From positions 57,352,001 to 57,416,000 of the forward strand of contig CM059432.1 in NCBI GenBank assembly GCA_030390025.1: a stretch of 64,000 nt of DNA, given 5' to 3'. Source of the stretch: Squalus acanthias. Taxonomy: Eukaryota. The position numbers were made by a program, and so were the translations under genes. The notes under the pieces were generated by a model. The model saw only the letters and a list, made by a program, of their open reading frames with translations. It had not been told where the DNA came from and searched no databases. This document shows, one piece after another, positions 26,765 to 38,063 of the stretch (positions within the stretch are counted from its first letter, which is position 1; the number at the start of each line of letters is the position of its first letter).

Positions 26765-28444
26765 TGTAAGGGCGTCTCGTGGCCTGTGATTCTTTGCTAT
26801 TGCTTGCACTGGTCTCCGGCCAGACTTTTGCAATAATCACCTGTGAGTGGTTCGACCCACTCGCCCTTACGGTTCTGACACCTGGACTTAGATGCAAAGG
26901 AGCAGTAATGCAGAGAAAGACTCAAATAGACCTGGTTGAATAACACGAAATGAATGCTTTTATTGTACGGTGTCCAAAATAATGAAATACATGTCATATG
27001 CGCAGATCAAAGAAATTACAAGTATACACACATCTATAAAACTTGGTCTATACAAATGGGGAACACACAGCACATCGTAAAGGGGGGAACACATTACACA
27101 TTAACCTTAGGAACCACCCTCCCTTACAATACCTAAACTACATCTGGATTTGTAGGATCGGGAAACATGCTCACCACTTGGGTTACTTCGGAATTTAAAA
27201 TGAGGCTCGCAGCCTTTCGCTGCAGCGCCTGGCTGTCACGTGGCTGTAAGGGCTTCTGAGCTCGACTTGTTTACACTCGCTGCCACGATGGACCCACTTG
27301 AGACAGCCCTGATGAACGTTCGTCGCGGATGGCCCAGGCTACCCGCTCAAATAACCAGAAGATAAGCCTGTCTTCCTGAATCTTCGGTAGGATTCAAAAA
27401 GGTGGATTTGAACCTACTTCGTCGTTTATCTTTGGGCGCGGTCGGGGTTTTACTGACCGTGGCATCTCCCACGTGGAATTTCTTCTCGTCACTTGGGCCT
27501 CGCTCGGCCGAGATTCTTGTCTTCTTTGCTACCGGCGGCTGGTCGCTCGGGAACACACCGCTGCGTTGCCCTGATGGATCCGGACACCGTTTACTGACGA
27601 TCGGGATGGTGTACCCTACTGCCTGCCGTGTCGAGTTGGCTCGTTCTGAGGTTCCGTTTCTGGCCGACACGGACCACGAACAACGAACTCGAACCCGAAC
27701 TCCACCCAACACTCGAACAACCGACCAACACAGCACCGCGGAAGGAACAAGAGACTTGCAATCCGCAACTCTTCCAATCTCACTGTACCTAATCCGTAAC
27801 TCATCCGTAACCTGACTAACATTCGTCCTCTATAGTTATACTGTTTGGACGGGCCTTATCTCCCGCTCAAATCAAGATGCTGTCTTTTGTTTAATTTTGG
27901 CGCCCAAAGTTCTCGGTATGGGGTAATTGTCTTTTCAACTGGTTTCGGGATCACCCGAAACTGGCCAACTACCCGTTAATGTCTTCTTCATTGTTGAGCT
28001 AGGTAGGATGTGTATCATTGTCTCCTCAACTGGTTTCGGGATCACCTGAAACTGGCCCAATCACCCGTCAATGTCTCTCTCATTGTTGAGCTGGGTGGTA
28101 TTTGTGTATTGATGTGTCTGGATGGGCCCCCGATTGTCCAGTGCAATGATTCTCACCGTGCATTTGAAACGATTCAAGCACTTATATCATTGTTTTTGTC
28201 CAAAACGCAAATGGGTTGCATCCTGCCTTCCCAATCTATACCGTGCATGGTTTCATTATGAATGTATATTCAGCGCCATTTTGTCTGCTCACTATGTTCT
28301 GGAAAACGTCTGTCACGATGCTCGGCGGCCATTTTACAGGCTGCTGTGCCCTTATATTAAAAACAGCCTTACGTTCAATAAAAATGTAGAATTGAACCTG
28401 CTTCTCTCACATTATTAGAATCGCGATAATTGCGAAACTCTACA
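26765..28444 (-). repeat. 3' LTR (1680 bp)
   Basis: Direct repeat of 29577-31256. Confidence 0.95.
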
Positions 28445-28448
28445 GTCC

Positions 28449-28811
28449 TGTAAGGGGGTCTCGTGGCCTGTGATTCTTTGCTATTGCGTGCTCTGGTCTC
28501 CGGCCAGACTTTTGCAATAATCACCTGTGAGTGGTTCGACCCACTTGCCCTTACGGTTCTGACACCTGGACTTAGATGCAAAGGAGCAGTAATGTAGAGA
28601 AAGACTCAAATAGACCTGGTTGAATAACACAAAATGAATGCCTTTATTGTACGGTGTCCAAAATAATGAAATACATGTCATATGCGCAGATCAAAGAAAT
28701 TACAAGTATACACACGTCTATAAAACTTGGTCTATACAAATGGGGAACACACGGCACATCGTAAAGGGGGGAACACATTACACATTAACCTTAGGAACCA
28801 CCCTCCCTTAC
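28449..28811 (-). repeat. Third, partial LTR copy (U5-side, about 360 bp)
   Basis: Matches 29577-29939; has its own intact terminus, 4 bp (gtcc) from the 3' LTR. Confidence 0.93.
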
Positions 28812-29573
28812 CCATGCTTCCGTATAGCTGGGTGGCGCTGAGGGCTTGGTGGTTGGTACCACAGCTGCTTTTCTTGGTAGGGGTTTTGGGGATTCCCTAG
28901 CTACCTGTGGCTGGCTCGCTGACGGGCTGATGAGACACACCAAGCCGTTCGCCTTATTTAGGGCCTCTCTCAGGTCCTCTATCTCTCTCTGGCAAGCGCT
29001 GTGGTCGGCTCCCTCTGACCTATCCTCGAGAGCCATCTTGTATGCCGCCCTAACTCCCCTGAGACTTTCTTCCTGGGTCTTTACCTGGTTAGCTAGGCGG
29101 ATACACCGTTCTTTGATCTTTCCCTCACTTAACTTAGCTTCCGTGACCTGGCACTCTAAGTAATCGATCCTAGCCTCGTGGTGGCTGGCTACTATTTGGC
29201 GTTCCTGATGCAGCGCATTTAGTGATGCAATCAGTTTCTGTCCTCCCGTAACCTTTTCCTCCATCTCTGTCTCTAACTCTTTGATCTGGGCTGTCTGTGC
29301 TGCAATGACCTGGTCCGAAATCTGGACTTGCTTTTTGTAGCACATCAGCCAGACCGCTTTCTCTACTGATTTCTTATATTCTCTGCTACCTGTCCACCTG
29401 ATGGCTGCGTCTAGCGGACGCCTATCCGTCAGTAGGTCACATATCCACTGTTTGGTCAGGTTTACTTTCCCGAACACATAGTCGGCTACTTTTTCATCCA
29501 TTACATTTCGTTTATTCAAACCTGGGTCTAAGACATTACTCTCTTGCGGCCAGGGTCCCTTCGTGGTCGCCAT
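28791..29573 (-). CDS. Gag-like N-terminal coiled-coil protein, 3'-truncated, with PSAPPSY late-domain motif
   Basis: Open frame directly downstream of the LTR/PBS (ATG at 29573 or 29501); heptad-rich helix, Pro-rich linker, KPSAPPSYTE; last codons read into the partial LTR. Confidence 0.8.
   Translation of the reverse strand: MATTKGPWPQESNVLDPGLNKRNVMDEKVADYVFGKVNLTKQWICDLLTDRRPLDAAIRWTGSREYKKSVEKAVWLMCYKKQVQISDQVIAAQTAQIKELETEMEEKVTGGQKLIASLNALHQERQIVASHHEARIDYLECQVTEAKLSEGKIKERCIRLANQVKTQEESLRGVRAAYKMALEDRSEGADHSACQREIEDLREALNKANGLVCLISPSASQPQVARESPKPLPRKAAVVPTTKPSAPPSYTEAWVREGGS
29555..29572 (-). promoter_or_regulatory. Primer-binding site complementary to the tRNA-Arg(TCG) 3' end
   Basis: TGGCGACCACGAAGGGAC, 4 nt downstream of the 5' LTR; + strand gtcccttcgtggtcgcca equals the vertebrate tRNA-Arg(TCG) 3' end plus CCA as I recall it. 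Confidence 0.85.
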
Positions 29574-29576
29574 TTC

Positions 29577-31256
29577 TGTAAGGGCGTCTCGTGGCCTGTG
29601 ATTCTTTGCTATTGCTTGCTCTGGTCTCCGGCCAGACTTTTGCAATAATCACCTGTGAGTGGTTCGACCCACTCGCCCTTACGGTTCTGACACCTGGACT
29701 TAGATGCAAAGGAGCAGTAATACAGAGAAAGACTCAAATAGACCTGGTTGAATAACACGAAATGAATGCCTTTATTGTACGGTGTCCAAAATAATGAAAT
29801 ACATGTCATATGCGCAGATCAAAGAAATTACAAGTATACACACGTCTATAAAACTTGGTCTATACAAATGGGGAACACACGGCACATCGTAAAGGGGGGA
29901 ACACATTACACATTAACCTTAGGAACCACCCTCCCTTACAATACCTAAACTACGTCTGGATTTGTAGGATCGGGAAACATGCTCACCACTCGGGTTACTT
30001 CGGAATTTAAAATGAGACTCGCAGCCTTTCGCTGCAGCGCCTGGCTGTCACGTGGCTGTAAGGGCTTCTGAGCTCGACTTGTTTACACTCGCTGCCGCGA
30101 TGGACCCACTTGAGACAGCCCTGATGAACGTTCATCGCGGATGGCCCAGGCTACCCGCTCAAATAACCAGAAGATAAGCCTGTCTTCCTGGATCTTCGGT
30201 AGGATTCAAAAAGGTGGATTTGAACCTACTTCGTCGTTTATCTTCAGGCGCGGTCGGGGTTTTACTGACCGTGGCGTCTCCCACCTGGAATTTCTTCTCG
30301 TCACTCGGGCCTCGCTCGGCCGAGATTCTTGTCTTCTTCGCTACCGGCGGCTGGTCGCTCGGGAACACACCGCTGCGTTGCCCTGATGGATCCGGACACC
30401 GTTTACTGACGATCGGGATGGTGTACCCTACTGCCTGCCGTGTCGAGGTGGCTCGTTCTGAGGTTCCGTTTCTGGCCGACACGGACCACGAACAACGAAC
30501 TCAAACCCGAACTCCACCCAACACTCGAACAACCGACCAACACAGCACCGCGGAAGGAACAAGAGACTTGCAATCCGCAACTCTTCCAATCTCACTGTAC
30601 CTAATCCGTAACTCATCCGTAACCTGACTAACATTCGTCCTCTATAGTTATACTGTTTGGACGGGCCTTATCTCCCGCTCAAATCAAGATGCTGTCTTTT
30701 GTTTAATTTTGGCGCCCAAAGTTCTCGGTATGGGGTAATTGTCTTTTCAACTGGTTTCGGGATCACCCGAAACTGGCCAACTACCCGTTAATGTCTTCTT
30801 CATTGTTGAGCTAGGTAGGATGTGTATCATTGTCTCCTCAACTGGTTTCGGGATCACCTGAAACTGGCCCAATCACCCGTCAATGTCTCTCTCATTGTTG
30901 AGCTGGGTGGTATTTGTGTATTGATGTGTCTGGATGGGCCCCCGATTGTCCAGTGCAATGATTCTCACCGTGCATTTGAAACGATTCAAGCACTTATATC
31001 ATTGTTTTTGTCCAAAACGCAAATGGGTTGCATCCTGCCTTCCCAATCTATACCGTGCATGGTTTCATTATGAATGTATATTCAGCGCCATTTTGTCTGC
31101 TCACTATGTTCTGGAAAACGTCTGTCACGATGCTCGGCGGCCATTTTACAGGCTGCTGTGCCCTTATATTAAAAACAGCCTTACGTTCAATAAAAATGTA
31201 GAATTGAACCTGCTTCTCTCACATTATTAGAATCGCGATAATTGCGAAACTCTACA
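29577..31256 (-). repeat. 5' LTR (1680 bp)
   Basis: Direct repeat of 26765-28444; minus-strand AATAAA at 29771-29776; TATA-like element near 30645. Confidence 0.95.
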
Positions 31257-33107
31257 ATTGGTTACAAGGGTGATGCTTGATGTGCTCAGGCTGTTTCTAA
31301 TGTGTTCATAGATCTTGTGTGCTTCCAGGCCAAGGCAGTTAACAACCACAGAGAAAGGAACAGGACGGGTGGCGGACCAGCCATGTTGAAACAACTGTCA
31401 CAATTTGAGGAGAAGGTCCTGGCCAATCTTCAGTGTGAATATATGGGAGGTATTTGTGAGTTTGAGATATTGTGCAACCACCCAGCAAGTATATTCCATT
31501 TGTTATTATCCGCCCTACTCTGACTCACTTTCTTAATCATCACTGCAGAGACTAACTTTGCTCAGCAGGTGATTGATGCAGAAAATGTCTTAAGATCTAG
31601 CCTCTCTTTGGTGGCACCTTATCGAAGATGCCTTGTAATTCATCTTCCTGTAGGTTATTCTCAAATGTAAGTGGCATATCACAGCAGCTTGCTCCAGGCA
31701 CTCTACCTTCTCCTAACACCAGCACAGATGATGCAGAAAATGTGTTAAAATCTTACATTAAAACACCCCAGAGAACATAGGTAGAGACTTTGAGGAAAAA
31801 GCCCCAGGCAATTCACTGCTTACAATTGAGGAGGAGTGGGTGCAGTTTGACATAGAAAGGACAGCAAAGAGCAGGCCAGGCTGATAGCCCATTGCTTTCC
31901 ACTGCTGAGTGGGCAAAGGATTGATACCCTACTGGGCTTGCCTTCAGACAGGAATTAATGATGGAACAGGAGGTCACTAAAGCACCCTTAACATTCTCTG
32001 TAAGTAGCATGTAGCTGCTGATGGAGAATGTGCTTCACTGCTCTTCTCACATCAGGCATGAAGGATTTACCAAGTGCGGAGTACCGCAGAGCAAGTAGCA
32101 TTTTCGCGGCCTTCTGTAGGGGAGCTTCAAAGCATAGACCAACTTGCTCTCATGATTGCAATGACTGGCATCATTGAGACCTTGGGCACCCAACTTCACA
32201 AGTTTGTTCCTGCTGGATTTGATGGACATAGAAAGTGCAATGACAGTGGGCTTAACCTACTTGAGGGACACCGTATGCTCTGCTCTCATGCAGATTGTTG
32301 GTCATCCAGCTAGGTTGATCAACACCTGGACTGTGGCAGGGGAATGAGCAGAAGAAGCAGCTTCATTTCAGGGTATCCTCACATCTATCTACTCCACCCA
32401 GGCTCTTCAAATGATTGAGAAGGTGCCAGAAAACAGGGAGGTGCAGGCAGCCATTCGTGAACATGGCTTCACCTGTTGCTTGGCCATCATGATCTTGCAC
32501 CCAGAGGTTGAAGACCCCCGCTGTTTGGTCTAAATACAATAGATAAGTGTTCACTACTAAAAATCCTGCAGCTCATCACCACCTCAAACAATAGCAACCT
32601 TGCTTTAATGACAGTGTTAAACCAGGCCTAGCCCAACGATCTATCACGTGTCCATTTTCTATAAGTGAGATACATGACAGATCAGAGCTTTGGTGAAAGA
32701 CGTGAAATTCAATGTGGGACCTTATTTGCATAATTATTCGAGGTAAGAGTGGGTTACGCTTGCCTGAGGCACAGTCTCATTTGCACCACCGATATCGCAC
32801 CTCACATAGTTTGGTGCACTATGGGGGGCGATTTTCCCATTGGAGGCGGGTTGGAGGCGGGTTTCAGTTTGGGTGGGTTCCAAACCCGCCTCCACTGAGA
32901 GGTGGGAAAAATTTGCGATTTTCCTCTAATTGGCCAGTTGATTTCAGAGGTGTGGGTTCCCCTGGGCCAATTAGTCTTTTGGGACTGAAACTCGCCTCTG
33001 CTGACGTCACTTATCCAGCTTCATTTAAGGGCTGCTTGCTGCCTTGGCTCATTCCACTGGTTTTTGGTCGATGCTGCACCGCCTCCAAACTTTTATCTCA
33101 TTGAAGA

Positions 33108-33290
33108 ATGGCCAGCTCCAAGGCAAGGGCCTCCCCGAGGTTCTCGGATGAGGCACTGGGTATGCTGGTTGAGGGGGCGAGAGCTAGCAGGGAGGTGCTC
33201 TTCCCCTCATCTGGGAGGAAGAGGCCTCCCAAAGAAACCAAGACTGTGTGGGTCCAGCTGGCAAGGGATATAATCTCCAGATCTGTGAGC
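33108..33290 (+). pseudogene. Truncated Myb/SANT exon 1
   Basis: MASSKARASPRFSDEAL..VLFP..VWVQLARDIISRSV, then an abrupt jump to the transposase 3' region. Confidence 0.85.
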
Positions 33291-33599
33291 AAATTGGTGA
33301 TTGTTTCTGTTTATTGATGAAATGCCATCCCTGTGTGAATGTATTAAAATTAGGTGATGGCAAACTGTTGGCGTGATGGCATCTGTTATTTCGGCCTAGG
33401 CAGCTCCACATTGCGGGCTCTGCGACACTTGCGTGGTCAGGTTGGTGGTCAGAGTGAAAGGAGGCCAGAGAGTCATGTCCATTGTCTATCATGTGTTAAG
33501 AAGGAGCCAAGCACATGTGCCACAATGGGCAACCTATGCAAATCTGGCCAGGATTAGTGCATCCCTTGCATCACGGCCAGCAATGTGCTCACGTGCTGC

Positions 33600-34749
33600 C
33601 GCTGCTGCTGGTAGATGCGCTGCCGCTCAGTCCTCCTCCTCCTCTTCCTCCTCCTCCTCCTCATCCTCGTCCTCTTCATCTGAGGAGGCTATGTATTGAG
33701 CCACTTGCTCATCAGGAAGCTGCAAGCCATGACGCTGTGCGATGTTGTGCAGTGCACAGCAGACCACGACCATTCTAGAGACCCTGGCTGCTGAGTACTG
33801 CAGGGCTCCACCTGATCTGTCAAGGCATCAGAATCGCATCTTCAGCAAGCCAATGGTTTGTTCGATGATGGACCTTGTCGAAATGTGGCTGGCATTGTAG
33901 CGCTCCTCAACCTCGTTTGCTGGCCTCCTGATTGGCGTCATTAGCCACTTCTTCAGGGGGTAGCCCTTGTCACCAAGGAGCCATCCGTTAAGTTGGTTTG
34001 GTGGATTGAAGAGCGGAAGAACACTAGAGTTCTGCAGGATGAACGAGTCATGGCAACTACCACAGAATCTGGTGCAAACATGCAAAATCTCCTTCTTGTG
34101 GTTACACACGAGCTGAACGTTGAGTGAGTGGAAGCCGTTGCAGTTGACAAAGATAGCTGGGTTGTGATGGGGAGCCCTAAGGGCCACATGTGTGCAGTCT
34201 ATGACACCCTGAACCATTGGCAAGCCTGCCATATTTGCAAAGCCAACCGAACGCGCGGTTACACTTGCTTGACCCCTTGAGAAGTGAATGTAATTGTGCG
34301 CCTTTGCGAAAAGGGCATCGGTAACCTGCATGATGCAACTGTGGACGGCCGACTGGGAGATGCTGCTGATGTCTGCTGATGATCCCTGGAAGGAACCTGA
34401 GGCAAAAAAGTTGATTGTGGTGGTGACTTTGACAGCCACTGGTAAGGGGTGTCCACCCGTTCCTCTGGGCTCCAGGTTTGGATTCAGCAGTGCGCAGATG
34501 TCTCCGACAACCTCTCGCGAAACTCTCAGCCTCCTTTGGCACAGCTGTTCAGTCATGTTGAGGTAGCTCATCCTCTTTCTGTCAACCCTGAGAGGGGGAA
34601 TCTCCTGCGGCGACGTGATCCATGCGCTGGCGCTTTCTGCCCTGTGCTCCTGCTGCTGTTGCTGCTGAGTTGTCTGGTTCTGCTGCTGCCGTGGCTGCTA
34701 CTCATCCGAGTCTGAGGTCCATGATGAAAGGAAATAAATGGTTCCCATG
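33600..34749 (-). pseudogene. Harbinger DDE transposase with a premature stop
   Basis: ORF 33828-34571: [25 protein letters not shown] then TGA where the sister copy reads RCL; N-terminus frameshifted. Confidence 0.9.
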
Positions 34750-34825
34750 CTGCTGGCAGATACCTCCATTGGGGAAGCGCTCAGTCCAAGAGGGTTTTCC
34801 AAGGAGGTCCCATAGTTGAGAGATA

Positions 34826-37800
34826 GGGCTCGATTTTGCCAGGCCCGAGGAGGCGGGATTGGAGGCGTGTGAGTTATTAAATCACCAAAAATGGTGGGCG
34901 GGACCGATCCCATCTCCATCCCGCCTCCGAACAATTTTCCCAAAAGCGTGTTTTCTGACCCCGTTTCCATCCCGCCTCCAAGAGGTGGGATAGGCCCTTA
35001 AGGCCCTTAACAACCACTTAATAGCCTCTATAATCCTATTTTGAGAGGCCTTTCCAATTTTTAGTCATTCCCCCCATCCCTCACGCCTCCTCTGGAACAT
35101 GCCAGGTAATGCTGGCGGCCTCACAAGTGGATTGCTTACGAACAGCTGCAGCTCCACCATTACAAAGGAGTTTTCACCAATGATCATTTGCAGGTGGCAG
35201 AACTTTGTTGTTTCAGGTCTGGGGGAACTTTTAGCAGGCATACTCAGTGTTGTGGAAGTTTGGAGCCTGACACCCATCTCCAGTGTGACCTCCTGGGAAA
35301 CCCCTCTCCCCACCTTGACTAAGTGCTTCCTCAACTGAGGCATATACCAGAAGCATGGCGACCATTTAATTCCTTTCCTCCTGGACATCAGATTCGGATG
35401 AAGTCCAGCCGTGGCAGCAGCAGAACCATGAGCAACAGCAGCACCAACAGCAGGAGCATCAACAGGAGCACCAAGCTGCTAGTCACCCACCTGAAGATGC
35501 ACAGGCCAGAAGTCGCCAGAGCGCGACCATATTGCTGCCCGGGATGCAAGGGACGCACTCATGTTGGTCACATTTACTTAGCCTGTACAATCAAACACTT
35601 TTGCCTCGCACCTTCTTACCAGCGCATCGACAATGGACAAGAACCTACGGATTCCTATCACTCTGACCACCATACTGACAATTGCAAGTCGCTCTAAGCC
35701 CTCAATGTGGAAGTCCCATTTGCGAAATGACACAGGCCACAAATTCAACAGTTTGCCATCAGAATTTTTTATCACAACAAGCAACTGATGGCATTTCAAA
35801 AATAAACACAACATAACACCCAAGTGACTACCCTTGCGACTACTTGTGCATTATCTTCCTCTTACGCGTGCTCCTATGTGGTGCTTCCCCTGTGGCTTCA
35901 GCAGATGTGGAGGCCCCTTGCTCACTTTCTTGCTGCTCCTGTCTCGACACCTTTGGCGGCCATCCTCTGGGGTTGCGAACCTGTGAGGGCTCGGCAACAG
36001 TCTGCTTCTCCTGCGGCTGTGCAGGGGATGAGACGTCCATCTCAGTTGGGTGAGGACTCTGGTGGGGCTCTGACTGAGGGCTTTGCAGTGGCATGGTCGT
36101 TTGAGCGCTTGGAGAGGAGCCCCCACTTCCTTGTTGTCTGCCACCAACATCCCTCTCATGGGTCAGCCCCACTTCAGAGCTAGCAAGTGGCTTGACAGCA
36201 CCTTGCTGCACTTCAGGGGGGCCATGAGGACCCGTTTCTGCACTGGAAGTCCTACTCCAGAGGATTTCCATGAAGGTCTGGTTTCTATGCTCAGTAGCTG
36301 ACCATCGCTCCTCAAGAGATGGAAGTCTATTCTGAACAATGACCATGTTTTCTACACTCTGGCGACTTAGCTCCTCCATTGCCATAGCCATCCTCTCCTC
36401 TACATAGCCATCCTTTCCACGGAGGTTGCCATCCTTTCCGTGGTGATGCGTTCATGCGCCAATGCCTCCACAAAGGCTCTGCTCATGTTCGCGATGGACT
36501 CCTCCATTCGCTCGACACTTGCAGCGACCCTGGAGACAACACCTGCCAGAGACTCCTGCACCTGTTGCTGGAGTTCCAGCACCGCTCTTGTTCTGGATGG
36601 ACCCGGAGGCACAGGGTCGGCATGCAGCTGAGCCGAGCTGGCAGAGTCCTGCGCCCTCCGACGAAGACTCTCCACTGCTGTCCCTGTCTCCACCATCTGC
36701 TGATGCTCACTTGTGAGCTGTGATACACCAGGTGCCAACACTACTCTATCTCATGAAGGTCCCACCGAGGTGTGAGTGTCTGCGCTGGTGCTGGGTGCGC
36801 TGAATTCTGCTGAGGCTGCGCCCTCAGAGGTTGCAGCTTCCTCTGAGGAGTCTGGAAGCTCAGGCTCTTCCTCCTGGACAGTGGGGACGGGAGCTTTCGA
36901 TGGTCCTGTGGGGGAGTAAAGGAAAGAGTTAGAGATGTGAGGTCAAGGTTACATGAACATTGAATAGTGCAGATGATCATAAGTCAATCTGTTAGAGCAT
37001 CAAATTCATTATCAGTGACTCATGCAATGTCAATGAGAGAGATGCCAAACTATTCTGTCACCAGCTTGCTGCGATGCGCCCATCTGTCCGTCCCCCACTT
37101 GGGAATCCTCCTCGATCCCGGCGATTTCCAGGGCTGCCTCCTCCCAGGCAGTGAGCTGGGCTACTGAGGGTGGCCCTCCTCCTGTCATGGCTCTTTCCCT
37201 CTTATTGTGGGCTCTGTTTTCCTGCAATGAGGGACACAAGTGGAGTTTGAGTGAGAATGAAGGAGTGAATGTAGATAATCCATAGCATAGATGCTTAGAA
37301 GGATACAAAGGACCATCCCTGTGTGTTGAAAGTTGTTGTTGTCATGGCATCACAGTGATAGGGAGTGTGAGGGCTGCATGGTAGAATAGTTAAGTGAATG
37401 TGACCTTCGAGACAGAGGGAATGGGTAAGGGTGCAGGCATGTAAGTGTCAAGTGGCATGTGGAGGAAGAGGTTGGCAAAGCAGAGTGCTGGTGAGGAGAG
37501 GCGATGGGGATCAGATTGAGGGTGATGGGAAAGTCATACTCACTTTTCCTGTGCGGAGAAGATCATGAAACCTCTTCCTGCATTGCAGTCAGGTTCTGTG
37601 GCTCAGCGAAATGGAGTTGACCTCCTGGACCACTTGCAGCCACACAGCTTTTGTCTGCTGGGGTGGCTTTTTTCTCCCTGAGGAAGGGAACAGCACCTCC
37701 TTATTACATCTTGCTCCGTGCACCAGAGCTTGGAGGGAGGGCTCATCAAACCGAGGTGCACACTTTTGCTTGATCGTGGACATTGTCAGGAAATCAACAC

Positions 37801-38063
37801 CTTCATACAATTTGCAGAGCCTTTGCAGTCTCCAGAGGAAGCAAGGTTGCTTGCAGGTCTTAAATCCAGCAGCATTGATTACGTCATCTGAGGCGACTTT
37901 CTGTATGAAAAGACTCATTGGGCCAGGTGTTCCCACACGCAGGAAATCAATTGCCTAATTAGGGGAAAATCCCACTTTTTCAGCACTTTAATTAGGAGTC
38001 GGGGTCCTGACACGATTTCCACCTGACACGCCCCAGCCCGCCCACACTGACAAAATCCAGCCC
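34826..38063. mobile_element. Harbinger family B, nested, with the transposase core deleted and the Myb gene retained
   Basis: TIRs gggctcgattttgcc / gacaaaatccagccc; ata on both flanks; only transposase N-terminal remnants near 35350-35530. Confidence 0.88.
35840..37783 (-). pseudogene. Myb/SANT gene of Harbinger family B, three exons, decayed
   Basis: APRFDEPSL..VWLQVVQEVN..RT then stop (W to stop); exon 2 ENRAHNKRERAMTGGGP; exon 3 ending STRKRKIMHK. Confidence 0.85.

Larger units (their letters stand above)
26765..31256 (-). mobile_element. LTR retroelement / ERV-like element, internally deleted (LTR, PBS, gag', partial LTR, LTR)
   Basis: Two 1680-bp direct repeats with TGTA..TACA ends; ATTG at 26761-26764 and 31257-31260 (4-bp TSD); PBS and Gag-like ORF on minus. 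Confidence 0.93.
26126..32820 (+). mobile_element. Old Harbinger-derived element hosting the LTR element (may resume at about 38495-38650)
   Basis: TIR-like ggcctagaaattcggg; decayed Myb exon 1 ending tgcaatgacctc at about 26750; exon 2 cag|AKAVNNHRERNRTGGGPA resumes at about 31330 after the LTR insertion. Confidence 0.6.

Noticed and set aside
27309..27350. Hammerhead in the LTR (ctgatga)
   Set aside because: No stem II followed by GAAA
26765..31256. Tandem segmental duplication or DIRS element
   Set aside because: TG..CA ends, a 4-bp TSD and a PBS indicate an integrase-type LTR element; no tyrosine recombinase seen
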